DNA of 64,000 nt from an uncultured Gammaproteobacteria bacterium (GTDB lineage: Bacteria; Pseudomonadota; Gammaproteobacteria; JABCZS01). Of the stretch, positions 1 through 11,666 are shown piece by piece. The position numbers were made by a program, and so were the translations under genes. The notes under the pieces were generated by a model. It was given only the letters and a program-made list of their open reading frames with translations, was not told the DNA's origin and did not search any database. The DNA is taken from assembly GCA_963848305.1 (NCBI GenBank), contig CAWKDC010000003.1:151398-215397 (forward strand). The letters are read 5' to 3'. The stretch's first letter is position 1. Each line of letters begins with the position of its first letter.

Positions 1-1009
1 CAGCCATCACTGCACCGCTACCGTAATCCATCAAGACAAAATTTGCGATCCAGATCGGCAGATTCTCGCCGGTGAGGGGATGAATTGCTTCTAAATGTGT
101 ATACATGCCTTCCTTTTCAGCTGTAGCGATATCTGCTTCAGCGACAGAGCGCGTTTTGCAATGTTCTACAAATTTATTGATATCAGGATATTTTTTGGCA
201 GCTTCGAGAGCGAGAGGATGTTGCGGGGCAATGGCCAAATAAGTTGCGCCAAAAATAGTGTCTAGGCGAGTGGTATAAATCGTCAGAGGAGTGTGATTGG
301 GGACCTCAAATACTACATCGCATCCCATCGACTTGCCAATCCAATTGCGTTGCATTGTACGAACTTGGTGAGGCCAATGGGTTAGCTTGTCAATGTCGTG
401 TAATAATTCATCTGCATAATCAGTGATTTTAATAAACCATTGCGGTATTTCACGTTGTTCAACCAATGCGCCGGAGCGCCAACCACGTCCGTCAATGACT
501 TGTTCATTAGCGAGAACGGTTTGATCAACGGGATCCCAATTGATCAGGGTGGTTTTACGGTAAACGAGTCCCTTTTTCAAGAGTTGCAGAAAAAACCATT
601 GTTCATGCTGATAATATTCAGGTTCACATGTGGTGATTTCACGTGACCAATCGAAAGAGAAACCGAGGCGTTGAAATTGCGCTTTCATGGTGGCAATGTT
701 TTTTTTAGTCCACGCTGCGGGTGCCACTTTGTGTGCAATCGCTGCATTTTCTGCAGGAAGACCAAATGAATCCCAGCCGATGGGATGAAGCACATTTTTA
801 TTCTGCATGCGTTGAAAGCGGGCAATCACATCACCAAGCGTATAATTACGCACATGCCCCATGTGAAGATGACCACTTGGATAGGGCAGCATGCTTAAGC
901 AAAAAAATTTTTCGCGCGTATCATGATGATCGTTGGCTTGAAAAGTGTGATGTTCAGCCCAATAGGTTTGTGCCTGCGTTTCTATGGTTTTTGGTTCATA
1001 TGTGTTCAT
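1..1009 (-). CDS. leuS: leucine--tRNA ligase, N-terminal part (gene runs off the window start)
   Basis: Absent from the ORF track because it leaves the window. My minus-strand translation from the ATG at 1009-1007 reads [17 protein letters not shown]... It contains the class I aaRS signature [23 protein letters not shown] (about 830-900). The start overlaps the ptrB stop (ATGA). Confidence 0.85.
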   Translation of the reverse strand, partial: MNTYEPKTIETQAQTYWAEHHTFQANDHHDTREKFFCLSMLPYPSGHLHMGHVRNYTLGDVIARFQRMQNKNVLHPIGWDSFGLPAENAAIAHKVAPAAWTKKNIATMKAQFQRLGFSFDWSREITTCEPEYYQHEQWFFLQLLKKGLVYRKTTLINWDPVDQTVLANEQVIDGRGWRSGALVEQREIPQWFIKITDYADELLHDIDKLTHWPHQVRTMQRNWIGKSMGCDVVFEVPNHTPLTIYTTRLDTIFGATYLAIAPQHPLALEAAKKYPDINKFVEHCKTRSVAEADIATAEKEGMYTHLEAIHPLTGENLPIWIANFVLMDYGSGAVMA

Positions 1010-3045
1010 TGTGATGCATTCCTATTCAAAACAAATCCAAGGATGAATGAAAATTCTTCTGCCACTTCTTCAATTTCATGGTAACGACCTGTTCGACCTT
1101 GATGGCCAGCACTCATTTGTACTTTCAACAAAATGGGCGCATTATTTATTTGATTATCGCGCAAACGTGCGACCCATTTAGCTGCTTCCCAGTAGGGTAC
1201 ACGAGGATCATTCAAACCTGCTGTCGCGAACACCGTAGGATACGCTGCCTGTCGTACATTTTCGTATGGCGCATAAGATCGGATATATTCGTAATAAGTG
1301 GGATCGTGCGGGTTTCCCCATTCTTCGTATTCGAGCACTGTAAGCGGGAGCTTTTCATCCAACATGGTGTTCAAAACATCTACAAAGGGAACATGTGCAA
1401 TGGCGGCGCGAAACAGTTCAGGCGCTTCATTCAGCACGGCGCCAATCAACAATCCTCCTGCGCTGCCGCCTGATATGATCATTTGATCAGCTGAGGTGTA
1501 TTGCTGTTCAATGAGATATTTTGCGCAGTCAATGAAGTCTGTGAAGGTGTTTTTTTTATGTAAAAAACGGCCTGCTTCATGCCAAGCATCCCCATATTCA
1601 CCGCCGCCGCGAATATGCGCAATGGCATAAATAAAGCCACGGTTGAGTAAACTCAGTCGTGAATATGAAAAATAAGGATCGCTATCGATGCCGTAAGCGC
1701 CGTACCCGTTAAGTGACAGAGGCATATTGTTTTGTTTTAAAGCAGTCTTGTAGACGAGAGAGATAGGAATGCGTGTGCCATCTCGAGCTGTCGCAAAAAT
1801 ACGCTCACTGGTATAGTCTTTAGCATTGAAATCGCCTAAGACAGGCGCTTGTTTAAGCAATTTTTTCTCACGTGTATTCATGTCATATGCAAAATCGCAC
1901 GGCGGAGATGCCAGAGAAACGTATGTCAGTCTCAAGCTGTCTGTTGCGTATTCCCAGTTTTGACCAAGATGGATGGTGTAGGTCGGTTCATCAAACGTCA
2001 TCCAATGGCGACTTAAATCGTCAACCTTTAAAATACAAATTTGCGATAATCCATCGCGACGACATTCAAGCACAATGTGATCTTTGAAAATAGAAAAACC
2101 ATCCAGCGGGACAGAGGGTGCCAGAAGCACAACCGTTTCCCATTGATCATGTGCAATGTTATCAATACGGCAGCGCTTGAGCGAGAAACTGGCACCGTCT
2201 TCGTTGGTACGAATATAAAAATACTCGCCTTGGTGATCGATATCATATTCGTGACTGTGTTCGCGCGCATGAAATAATTGTAGAGGTCCTCGAGGTTGAT
2301 GGGCTTCAGTGAAATAAACCTCGCTCGTTAATTTGCTGGCAATGTTGATCAACAAGTAGGCATCGCTCATACTCCGGTAGATGGCGAGTGAATAGCGTTC
2401 ATCTTTTTCTTCATGGATCAGTTCGTCTGCTTGTTCGCCTTGTGTATCGTGGCACCAGACTTGATAGGGGCGTTGCGCGTCATCATAACGGCAATACCAG
2501 ATATCGCGGTGATTTGTGCTGAACACAATGCTGCTCGCCACATCTTCCAAAATACGTGTATGTGCCCCTGGTTTTTCAAGATCTAACATCCAGACTTCAT
2601 AGCGCTCGTCGCCACTGGTATCTACAGAAATGGCCAATTTATTTTGAATGATATTCAGGGCGTATTGGCCGACCTCGAAATAATCATATTGACTTGCATG
2701 CGTATTTTCATCAAAAATAATGGTTTCAGGCCCACCGCCTCTGGGACGTCGGCAGAATATATCGTGCTGCAAGCCTTCTTGGGTTTTGAAATAATATTCA
2801 TAATCCCCATAGGGCCAGGGGAAGTCTTGATCGGTTTCTTGAATACGAGCCAAGGTTTCATTATAAATAGTTTGCTTGATAGCTTTATGAGGCTCAAGCA
2901 TGTGTTCAGTGTAAGCATTTTCTGCCTGAAGATGTGCAATCACTTCAGAATTATCACGTTCAACCAGCCAGTGGTAAGGGTCAGCGCGCTTGACGCCCTG
3001 TTCCTCATGTACATAGGGATGTTGCGCGGTTTTAGGTGGGTTCAT
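1006..3045 (-). CDS. ptrB: oligopeptidase B (S9A prolyl oligopeptidase family)
   Basis: 679-aa ORF. N-terminal [11 protein letters not shown]...AENAYT beta-propeller region; C-terminal catalytic [10 protein letters not shown] serine motif and GHQG region. Confidence 0.9.
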   Translation of the reverse strand: MNPPKTAQHPYVHEEQGVKRADPYHWLVERDNSEVIAHLQAENAYTEHMLEPHKAIKQTIYNETLARIQETDQDFPWPYGDYEYYFKTQEGLQHDIFCRRPRGGGPETIIFDENTHASQYDYFEVGQYALNIIQNKLAISVDTSGDERYEVWMLDLEKPGAHTRILEDVASSIVFSTNHRDIWYCRYDDAQRPYQVWCHDTQGEQADELIHEEKDERYSLAIYRSMSDAYLLINIASKLTSEVYFTEAHQPRGPLQLFHAREHSHEYDIDHQGEYFYIRTNEDGASFSLKRCRIDNIAHDQWETVVLLAPSVPLDGFSIFKDHIVLECRRDGLSQICILKVDDLSRHWMTFDEPTYTIHLGQNWEYATDSLRLTYVSLASPPCDFAYDMNTREKKLLKQAPVLGDFNAKDYTSERIFATARDGTRIPISLVYKTALKQNNMPLSLNGYGAYGIDSDPYFSYSRLSLLNRGFIYAIAHIRGGGEYGDAWHEAGRFLHKKNTFTDFIDCAKYLIEQQYTSADQMIISGGSAGGLLIGAVLNEAPELFRAAIAHVPFVDVLNTMLDEKLPLTVLEYEEWGNPHDPTYYEYIRSYAPYENVRQAAYPTVFATAGLNDPRVPYWEAAKWVARLRDNQINNAPILLKVQMSAGHQGRTGRYHEIEEVAEEFSFILGFVLNRNASQ

Positions 3046-3073
3046 CGTACGCTCCTCGGGTAAGGCGTATTAT

Positions 3074-5635
3074 ATGCTATTTATGGTACGATTAGGCAAG
3101 CTTCCGAATCAAGAAAGGTTAATTTTGCACAACAACTATTTATTAACAGTCAATCGTCGTTTGGCCAGATCGCTCAAGGCTGCACGTGCCAAGGGAGAAG
3201 GGCCTTTGAACGCATTTGCGGGTAAGATCATGGCGTTTGACGACTTCCTAGCGGCAACCTATGAAAGTCAGCGCGTTTCAGGCAATGCCTACTGGCGTTT
3301 GTCTTCCCTTCAAGAAAGAATGCTGTGGGTTGAATCCTTGTCTCACTGCTATACGCTAGGGTTTTCTCGTGAGCAAACCATTCAATCCGCACGGGATGCC
3401 TATGCCCGGGTGAAAGCCTATCAGTTAACCACCGGGCAGTTACAAGGGTACAAAGAAGATGGGGATCTATTTGTGCAATCCATGCAATTGTTTGAGGAAA
3501 AATGCCACGCATTGGGGGCCATTGCCAGCAGTGCGGTGCTGGAACACACATTGCCTTTTCCTTGCGAGAACATCATATTTTATGGATTTGACGAATTCAC
3601 GCCTGCTCAACAAAGTTTGATCGATCAGTTTTCTTCGGGTGGTACGCGGATCGAGATCATGCCTCAACCGCATCGACCGAGCACTGTGGTCAAAACTGCT
3701 GCCATTGATAGGCAAGATGAATTATACCGCGCGGCATGCTATGCACAGAAAATGCATGAGCAGGGAAAAACCATGGCGATTGTGGTGCCGCAATTGCAAT
3801 CAGAATGGCATGCGGTGGAACGACAGATGGCTGCCGTGTTTAAGCCAGGTTACTATTTTCCGGGGGCACCAGTATCAGATACGCCCTATAACATTTCTGC
3901 TGGCGAATCACTCAGTGCGCAACCAATGATACATGCTTTGCTACAAACCTTTGAATTATTGCAGCGTGAGACACGGATACAAGTTTGGCAAAATATTCTG
4001 CATTCGCCCTTTATCAAAGGGGGTATGAGTGAGGCGAGCGAGAGAGCCGTTTTTGATTTCATCATTCACGATACTGAATCGCTCACATTAACACTGGACA
4101 CTGTCAGACAGATGGATGTGGCTATTCCAGAGATACTGCGTGAACAGTTGGAACAGGTTTCATTCATTAAATCTAGCATTTATCAAAACAGATCCATGAA
4201 AGCATGGATGATATGGCTAAAAGACTGGATTGCAACATGGGGATGGGCTCAAGAGCGCACATTGAACAGTGCTGAATATCAATGCGTGAATATGTTCTAT
4301 GAAATTTTGCCATCGCTTTTTCAGTATGATGTATTGAAGCAATCATGCTCATTCAGGGAATTTTTGGATGCCTTACATGTTTTGCTGAAAGAAACATTGT
4401 TTCAAATCGAAACACAAGACAAACCCATTCAAGTGCTGGGGTTGCTGGAAGCAGCAGGGTTATCGTTCGATTGTATTTGGATCGTGGGTTTAACTGCAGA
4501 TGTTTTCCCCGGAAGAGCATCACCACATCCATTTTTACCGACACAGACACAAATTCAACTCAACATGCCCCATTGCAGTTCGTCGAGAGAATTGCAGGTT
4601 GCTCAACGGTTATTAGATCGTTTGCTTGTCAGCGCTGATCACGTGATTTTATCGTATCCGATGCACGATGCTTCAGGTGAAGTGCAATTAGAAAGTCCGT
4701 TGATAGCACAATATTCCTATCAATCAATGAACGAGTTGGTTGAGACTCCGTCGAGAATGAGCAGAGTGATTGCGCAGTGTCAACACATGCATGAATATCA
4801 GGATGATAATGGTTCAGCATTGTCAAATATTCACTTGAAAGGCGGCAGTGCTGTTTTTAAAGATCAAAGTGCTTGTGCATTTCGTGGTTACCTTAAACAT
4901 CGTTTAGGTGCCCGGGCACCAAAATCACCTGTCATGGGGTTAAGTGAAGCGATGCAAGGCAAAATCGCGCACGAGATTCTTGAAAAATTTTGGAGTTCCA
5001 TTAAAACGCAGGCAGCGTTGATCGCATTGGATGATGAAAGCATTCGAGATGATATGATAAAACATATTGAACTCGTGCTCCATCAAGTTTCGCCAGCGTT
5101 AGCAGCACGCAGTATCGAGATTGAATCACAACGTCTGATAGACTTAATGTGCCGATGGGTTGAGATTGAAAAATCGAGAGAACCTTTTCAAGTGATAGCC
5201 ACCGAGCAAAGAATCGACGCACAGGTATTTGGATTGAATGTTAAACTGACTATTGATAGGATTGATCAAGTTCAGAACGATCAGACTTTACTGATCGACT
5301 ATAAAACAGGAGATGTTCGCATTGAATCATGGAACGATGATCGCATGGATGAACCTCAATTACCGCTTTATGCCATCGTTTCGAATCCTACCCCAGCTGA
5401 CATCAGTTTTGCCTGCTTGAAAAAAAATAAAATGGGGATGAAGCGTATTCACGAAGAAGATCCGATAAAATGGCAGTCCATGCTACAAACATTCCGTGAA
5501 CGTATTTCACGATTGGCAGATGAAATCAAAAGGGGATATGCAGCAAAGAATCCAAAAAATGGATCGAGCACGTGTGAGACTTGTGATCTGCAATCAGGTT
5601 GTCGTTTATATACGGGAGGCGTAAATGCAGGATAG
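3074..5635 (+). CDS. addB: AddB-type helicase-nuclease subunit (PD-(D/E)XK nuclease superfamily)
   Basis: 853-aa ORF. C-terminal RecB-like nuclease motif (LLIDYKTGD) followed by a Cys cluster (CETCDLQSGC). Overlaps the downstream UvrD-like helicase-nuclease gene by 11 nt. Confidence 0.7.
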   Translation: MLFMVRLGKLPNQERLILHNNYLLTVNRRLARSLKAARAKGEGPLNAFAGKIMAFDDFLAATYESQRVSGNAYWRLSSLQERMLWVESLSHCYTLGFSREQTIQSARDAYARVKAYQLTTGQLQGYKEDGDLFVQSMQLFEEKCHALGAIASSAVLEHTLPFPCENIIFYGFDEFTPAQQSLIDQFSSGGTRIEIMPQPHRPSTVVKTAAIDRQDELYRAACYAQKMHEQGKTMAIVVPQLQSEWHAVERQMAAVFKPGYYFPGAPVSDTPYNISAGESLSAQPMIHALLQTFELLQRETRIQVWQNILHSPFIKGGMSEASERAVFDFIIHDTESLTLTLDTVRQMDVAIPEILREQLEQVSFIKSSIYQNRSMKAWMIWLKDWIATWGWAQERTLNSAEYQCVNMFYEILPSLFQYDVLKQSCSFREFLDALHVLLKETLFQIETQDKPIQVLGLLEAAGLSFDCIWIVGLTADVFPGRASPHPFLPTQTQIQLNMPHCSSSRELQVAQRLLDRLLVSADHVILSYPMHDASGEVQLESPLIAQYSYQSMNELVETPSRMSRVIAQCQHMHEYQDDNGSALSNIHLKGGSAVFKDQSACAFRGYLKHRLGARAPKSPVMGLSEAMQGKIAHEILEKFWSSIKTQAALIALDDESIRDDMIKHIELVLHQVSPALAARSIEIESQRLIDLMCRWVEIEKSREPFQVIATEQRIDAQVFGLNVKLTIDRIDQVQNDQTLLIDYKTGDVRIESWNDDRMDEPQLPLYAIVSNPTPADISFACLKKNKMGMKRIHEEDPIKWQSMLQTFRERISRLADEIKRGYAAKNPKNGSSTCETCDLQSGCRLYTGGVNAG

Positions 5636-8600
5636 CCATATTCGACAAGAAGCGTTGAATCCCCATCAATCCTTCATTGTGCAAGCACCTGCCGGGTCGG
5701 GTAAAACACAATTGCTTACATCTCGTATGCTGACGTTACTGGCCACGAGGGTGACAACACCCGAATCCATTTTGGCCATCACATTCACCAAAAAAGCATC
5801 GCAAGAGATGAAGCGACGCGTCATGGGCGCCTTGCAATTAGCTTGTGGGCCTGAGCCTGATCAGGATCATGAACGTGCATTGTGGTTGCTTGGAAAAAAA
5901 GTATTGGTGGCTGATCATAAGTATGAATGGGGGTTATTATTAAATCCTCAACGTTTGAGGATCATGACCATCGACTCACTGTGCAGCAGCATCACGCATC
6001 AATTGCCTCTATCTTCACGATTAGGTGCTAATCCTTCCCGTGTAGAAAACGCGAGCACACTTTATTTGCAAGCAGCACAAATGACAGTGTCTCAATGTTT
6101 AACATCAAATCAGACTGAAGATAATGCGATACAAACATTATTGTTGCATCTTAACAATAAACAAGCTCTGGCGTGTGAATCCATCGCCAACATGTTAGCA
6201 TCGCGCGAGCAATGGTTGGGTTTGATATTTTCACAGCAATCTCATGATATGGAAACATTACGTCATCATCTGGAAAGAAGTATTGCGGATGTGGTTAAAG
6301 ATAGCTTTGAAAAGATCATGTCATCTTTATGGTCTGTGGATTGGGATGGAGTGGCGCTTTATTTAAATTATGCAGCATCGAATATGGAATCACAATATCA
6401 TCAAGAAATCATGCGTGAATGGATTGGCTTGTCATGTGATGTGAGTGATCTGGAAAAATGGCGTGCATTGTCTCAATGGTTGTGTACCACAGAAGGCGCA
6501 TTGCGTAAAACAGTTGATAAAAGACAGGGTTTTCCAGCTGCATCGAGTATTAAGGTCAAGGAACATGCGACTCGCGCAAAGCTCATGAAAGAAGGGTTTA
6601 TTGCTTGGCTGGATCAAGTTCGCGAAGATGAGCAAGCGGTTGGCGCATTGAAAGATTTGATATCATTACCGGATCCGGTTTATGCAGATCAACAATGGAA
6701 TGTGTTAAAAGCCTTGTTCACCCTACTGCCAAAAGCGGTTGAACAGTTATACCTTTTATTTGAATCTCGTGGCGAAACTGATTTCAGCGCCGTCTCTCGA
6801 TGCGCCCTGACGGCATTGGGTGGTGAAAATGATCCGACAGATCTCGATCTTAAATTCGATGATGCCCTGCACCATATTTTAGTCGATGAATTTCAGGATA
6901 CATCGTTAACACAATTTGAACTGGTGAGGCGTCTTGTGGCACACTGGGAAAATGATGGTGAAAAAACATTGTTTCTGGTGGGAGACCCGATGCAATCCAT
7001 TTACCGTTTTCGTCAAGCTGAGGTCGGCGGTTTTCTTCAAGCACAACAGTTTGGCATTGGCCCTATACAGTTAAAAAGCCTTAGCTTGCGTTCAAATTTC
7101 CGTTCAGAAAAACCTATCATTGATTGGATCAATGAACACATGCCTCGTACTTTTGCTGTTGAGGAAGATATTTATTTGGGCGCGATCACCTATGCCCCTT
7201 TTGATGCTCAATTACCTGCAGGTTCAGATTCGGGTGTTTTCTTAAAGTGGATCGAGGGATCTGAGGGTTTGTGTGAATCATTCATTCACACGCTGAATGC
7301 TTTAGAAGCTGACGACAATATAAAATCCATTGCTATTTTAGTGCGGAACAGGGGACATGTTGAAGCAATTTTGCCAGCCTTGCGCAAAGCCAATATTGCT
7401 TATCAAGCTGTTGAGATTGAAAAAATCACACAAACATCTTGTGTTAGACAATTATTGCAATTAACGCGTGCCTACTTGAATAGGGCTGATACTCAGGCTT
7501 GGTTGGCAGTGTTGATGTCACCTTACTTGGGGTTATCATTGGCCGATTTGACTTGCTTGCGCGAGCACGCCACGTTATACATCGATGCAATTGCGACATG
7601 GGAGAGTGTGCCTGGCATCTCTGAAACTGGGCGTGCGATATTAACACGCGTATCGCCTGTTTTAACTGATTGGATATTGCAAAAAAACAGATTACCTCTT
7701 GCGCAAGCAGTGGAAGGTGCCTGGTTGGCATTGGGGGGCCTGCTTCTCTGCCTGGTATTCAACATTTAGCTGATGCACAAGCTTTTTTTGACTTGTTGCA
7801 TGCCTGTGATGAAGGTGGAACAATAGATTTGATCACATTTGAAAATCGTTTAGACAATCTATTTTCGAATGCTTCTCAATCAGCAAAAATTCAAATCATG
7901 ACCATTCATAAATCAAAAGGGTTAGAATTTGATGCTGTCTTGATACCTTCACTGGAGCGTCAACCAAAAGCATCTGAAAAGCCATTGTTATTGTGGGAAT
8001 CCTGTCCTATTGATCAAGAGAATGTATTATTATTTGCACCCATCCATGAGGCGCAAGAAGACGTCGATCCCATTTACGAATTCATGTGGAAAAAACATAA
8101 AATCCGAGAACGTCATGAAAATGCGAGATTATTGTATGTTGCGCTTACCCGTGCTAAAAAGCAGTTGCATTTGTTTGCAGAAAAAAAGAAACCCCGTCAA
8201 GACAGTTTTTTAGCATTGCTTCAAGGTGCTTTTGATGCCTTTTCCCTCGCGGAAGCAGATATTGCTTCAGACGCAATACCTGCTCAAATGATACCATTAT
8301 CATATCATCTTCAACGACTAGATCCCCATTGGAAACATCCATTTCTTGAGCAACTATTGAAAGCGCATCATGATGCGAAGATAGTTAAAAATAATCCGAT
8401 TGATCATGATATGATTATTCCTGATCGGTATGTTGACAAAACATTGGGTACATTAATTCATCAGATCCTATATTTATGGGCTGAGCAACCATTTTTACTG
8501 AAGCAGCCCATTGAGCAACAGCTTCCTTGTTGGAAGGCAATGTTGCTTGAAAATGGACTTTCGTTAACGCATCTTGATTGGGTTAAGCATGTGATGCAGT

Positions 8601-8935
8601 CTGTTCAAGCAGATCCACGTGCGCAATTTATTTTAGGTGCTCATTCAATCGCGGACAGTGAGCATGAAATAACGATCGTGCAGGATGGTCAAGTTAACAC
8701 TTATGTGATTGACAGAACGTTTGTGGATCAAGACAATGTTCGTGTGATTGTCGATTATAAAACAGGCAATCCCTCGCATGAGTCCCAAGGACTCGGCCGT
8801 TACCGTGAGCAGTTGTTCTCGTACGCGCGCGTGATGCAAACGCTGGAATCACGCTCCATTCGATTATGTTTGTATTTTCCCTTAACAGGTGATTATAGAG
8901 AAGAAATGTATTCAGCATCAGAGGTGATATCATGA
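5625..8935 (+). pseudogene. addA: AddA-type UvrD/Rep helicase-nuclease, interrupted by a 1-nt frame shift
   Basis: ORFs 5625..7769 and 7670..8935 are one protein. It has Walker A APAGSGKT, UvrD helicase motifs and a C-terminal nuclease motif VIVDYKTG. The sequence continues ...AVEGAWLALGG / PASLPGIQHLADAQ across the G-run at 7733-7738. Frame arithmetic fits one missing base. Confidence 0.8.
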
Positions 8936-9801
8936 GCAATCCTTTAACGATCAGTATTTCATCGCGTGCCTTATTTGATCTGACTGACAGCCATCATGTC
9001 TTTGAAACCCAAGGCATTGAAGCTTACGCACAATATCAGATTGCCAGAGAAAATGAACCCCTCGCGCCAGGCGCGGCATTTCCCTTGGTCAAAAAGTTGT
9101 TGGCATTGAATCATGATCACAAGGCTCCCATTGTCGAGGTGATTCTGCTCTCTCGAAACAGTGCAGACACGGGTCTGCGCATTTTCAATTCCATTCAACA
9201 TTATGGATTAGACATGACACGCGCAGTTTTTACGGGTGGGCGTTCGACATATGATTATGTGTCAGCATTGAATACTCACTTGTTTTTGTCCAGTGATCCT
9301 GTAGAAGTGCGTAAAGCTTTGGATGCCAAGTTGGCAGCAGCCACCATTTTGCCAACTGCCCCGCAGGCCATGCCTCACACTGAATTGCGGATTGCATTCG
9401 ACGGTGATGCAGTGCTCTTCGACAGTGCATCTCAACGTATTTATGATACACATGGTTTAGATTCATTCAATGATCATGAGAAACAAGCGGCACATTGTCC
9501 CTTGGATGGAGGACCATTCAAAAATTTTCTCGCGCAATTGGCGGAGATTCAATCCCTTTATCCTGCAGATGCTTCTCCGATCCGCACTGCTTTGGTCACG
9601 GCACGCAGCGCGCCTGCACATGAGCGGGTGATCCGCACGCTTCGAGATTGGCATATCCGCATTGATGAAGCCTTGTTTTTGGGCGGAAAAGACAAGGCCG
9701 CTTTCTTAAAGGCGTTTGGCGCAGATTTATATTTTGATGATCAAATGAAATATTGTGACAGCGCGAAGCATGTGGTGGCGACGGGGCATGTGCCCCAATA
9801 A
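8932..9801 (+). CDS. 5'-nucleotidase (cN-IA-like, PF06189-type)
   Basis: 289-aa ORF. N-terminus LTISISSRALFDLTDSHHVFETQGIEAYAQYQ and VEVILLSRNSADTGLRIFNSIQHY match my recollection of this family. ATGA overlap with the addA stop. Confidence 0.65.
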   Translation: MSNPLTISISSRALFDLTDSHHVFETQGIEAYAQYQIARENEPLAPGAAFPLVKKLLALNHDHKAPIVEVILLSRNSADTGLRIFNSIQHYGLDMTRAVFTGGRSTYDYVSALNTHLFLSSDPVEVRKALDAKLAAATILPTAPQAMPHTELRIAFDGDAVLFDSASQRIYDTHGLDSFNDHEKQAAHCPLDGGPFKNFLAQLAEIQSLYPADASPIRTALVTARSAPAHERVIRTLRDWHIRIDEALFLGGKDKAAFLKAFGADLYFDDQMKYCDSAKHVVATGHVPQ

Positions 9802-9822
9802 TTCATCGCGCCTTCGGCGCAT

Positions 9823-9844
9823 GGGAGGAAGTATCCGCCCCTAA
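9823..9844. repeat. REP-like palindromic element (TAGGGGCG family), inverted copy
   Basis: GGGAGGAAGTATCCGCCCCTAA is the reverse complement of TTAGGGGCGGATACTTCCTCCC and closely resembles the copy at 20231. Its TAG is the stop codon of the DUF3579 gene. Confidence 0.6.
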
Positions 9845-10140
9845 AGGTTCGGATCAATCTCATCCTTATTCCCAATCTTCAACTTATTCGCCTTGGCGAA
9901 CGCTATCAGTTGATGATAAACCTCTGGGTTGGTTTCTTTCAGGCTTTCATCCACGTAAACGCACTTGTTGCCGTCTTTCATCCCAGGTTTTAGCAGGGGA
10001 GAATAGGTAATACGGTGGTTATGGAAGGTGGCCAATCGGCCGCTGACGCGCTCAGCCCAATCGCTGGGACGGAATGACTCACCTGTCTCAGTGACGCCCT
10101 CGATGATGAATTGCTTTTTGTCTTCTTTATCTTGTCCCAT
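9841..10140 (-). CDS. DUF3579-like small protein
   Basis: The ORF track gives 9841..10209, but its first 23 codons read through a repeat element. The ATG at 10140 follows GAGAGG by 5 nt. FIIEGVTETGESFRPSDWAERVSG...YSPLLKP...KCVYVDESL resembles DUF3579 proteins. Confidence 0.6.
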   Translation of the reverse strand: MGQDKEDKKQFIIEGVTETGESFRPSDWAERVSGRLATFHNHRITYSPLLKPGMKDGNKCVYVDESLKETNPEVYHQLIAFAKANKLKIGNKDEIDPNL

Positions 10141-10325
10141 ATATACCTCTCGTACCTGAAGATGCGAATCCTGGCTGCCTCGTGCAGACCTCTTTTGGGT
10201 TTTACTCAATCGAAAAGTTTAGCCGTGCAATAAGCACTGTCTGCGACTTTTCTCAATCTTAAAACCCAAAATAGGCCCACACGGGATTGCCAACCCCTCG
10301 CATCTTCAGGTACGAGAGGTATATA
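10141..10325. repeat. MITE-like hairpin element, long copy (perfect 27-bp terminal inverted repeats)
   Basis: Left arm 10141-10167 ATATACCTCTCGTACCTGAAGATGCGA is the exact reverse complement of right arm 10298-10324. An inner inverted pair CTTTTGGGTTTT / AAAACCCAAAA is also present. A shorter copy lies at 26493. Confidence 0.8.
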
Positions 10326-10407
10326 ACCTTCTAGATAACCTAAACGTATGATATCCTCAAAACAGCTTACTGTCCACTTCTATGGGCACTCATGGTAAAC
10401 TGCCTGG

Positions 10408-11666
10408 ATGAACGCAATACCCTTGAGCACACGCGCGCGACCCCAGACCTTGGACGATTTCTTCGGCCAGAGTCAATTATTGGGTCCGTCAGGGGGCTTG
10501 AGCCAGGCATTGAAGGCCGGCAAACTCCACAGCATGATTTTCTGGGGCCGCCAGGGACTGGCAAAACAACCCTTGCGCACATCATTGCTCAGCATTTTCA
10601 GGCGGAGTTTCACGCCTTATCGGCTGTCATGGCTGGGGTCAAGGATATTCGAGATGTGGCCACGGCGGCTGAACGTTCAGATAAACCGACACTCCTTTTT
10701 TTAGATGAAATTCACCGTTTCAATAAATCTCAACAAGATGCGCTGTTACCTTATGTTGAGTCAGGACTCATCACCTTGATAGGCGCAACGACTGAAAACC
10801 CCTCATTTGCTTTGAACAATGCGTTGCTGTCGCGAGCCCGGGTGTATGTTTTGAAAGCACTTGAGGAATCGGCGATTGAAGGGATATTGGATCGGGCCTT
10901 ACGCTACGTAGACAGCCCCAAGGCTTTGTCTGCGGAGGCACGTGCTGCCATTGCCAAGTCTGCCGATGGGGATGCTCGACGAGCCCTGAACAGCCTTGAA
11001 ATGGCCCTCGATTTAACACCGGATGGTCAGAGCATCACCCCTGAAATCATCGCAGAAGTCATCAAAAATACCTTGTTGCGGTTTGATAAGCAAGGGGATG
11101 CTTGGTACGACCAAATATCTGCCCTGCATAAATCAGTGAGGGGTTCGGATCCCGACGCCGCCTTGTATTGGCTTGCGCGGATGCTGGTGGGAGGGTGCGA
11201 TCCCCTTTACCTGGCGCGACGTATCGTGCGGATGAGCAATGAGGATATTGGCAATGCCGATCCCCGTGCATTTGATCTGGCCATGAATGCCTGGCAGGCC
11301 ATGGAACGAATGGGGACGCCAGAAGGGGAGTTGGCCTTGGCACAAGCTGTCGTGTATATGGCGTGTGCACCCAAAAGTAACGCCGTCTATAAAGCGTTCA
11401 ATGCAGCGATGGAAAGTGCACAGCGATCGGGTTCTCTGCCAGTGCCTGTGCATCTGTGCAATGCCCCAACAGCACTGCTAAAATCATTAGGGCATGGCAG
11501 AGAGTATCGTTATCCACATGACGCACCCAATGCGTACATTCCTAACGAGCATTATTTTCCTGATAAAATGCCCAAACAGTCATTTTATCAGCCCGTGTCG
11601 AGAGGCTTGGAAATACAGATCAAAGAAAAATTGGAATCACTGAGGGGCTTATGCAACCAATCGTAG
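10408..11666 (+). pseudogene. rarA: replication-associated recombination protein A (AAA+ ATPase), interrupted by a 1-nt frame shift
   Basis: The N-terminus MNAIPLSTRARPQTLDDFFGQSQLLG...KLHSMIFWG is in ORF 10408..10704. Walker A PPGTGKTTLAHIIA and the rest are in ORF 10392..11666. The junction is at GGGGCCGCC, 10545-10553, and fits one missing base. Confidence 0.85.

Noticed and set aside
10392-10407. rarA start at 10392 (track ORF MVNCLDERNTLEH...)
   Set aside because: That N-terminus is an out-of-frame artefact. The conserved RarA N-terminus (..PLSTRARPQTLDDFFGQ..) is in the frame starting at 10408.
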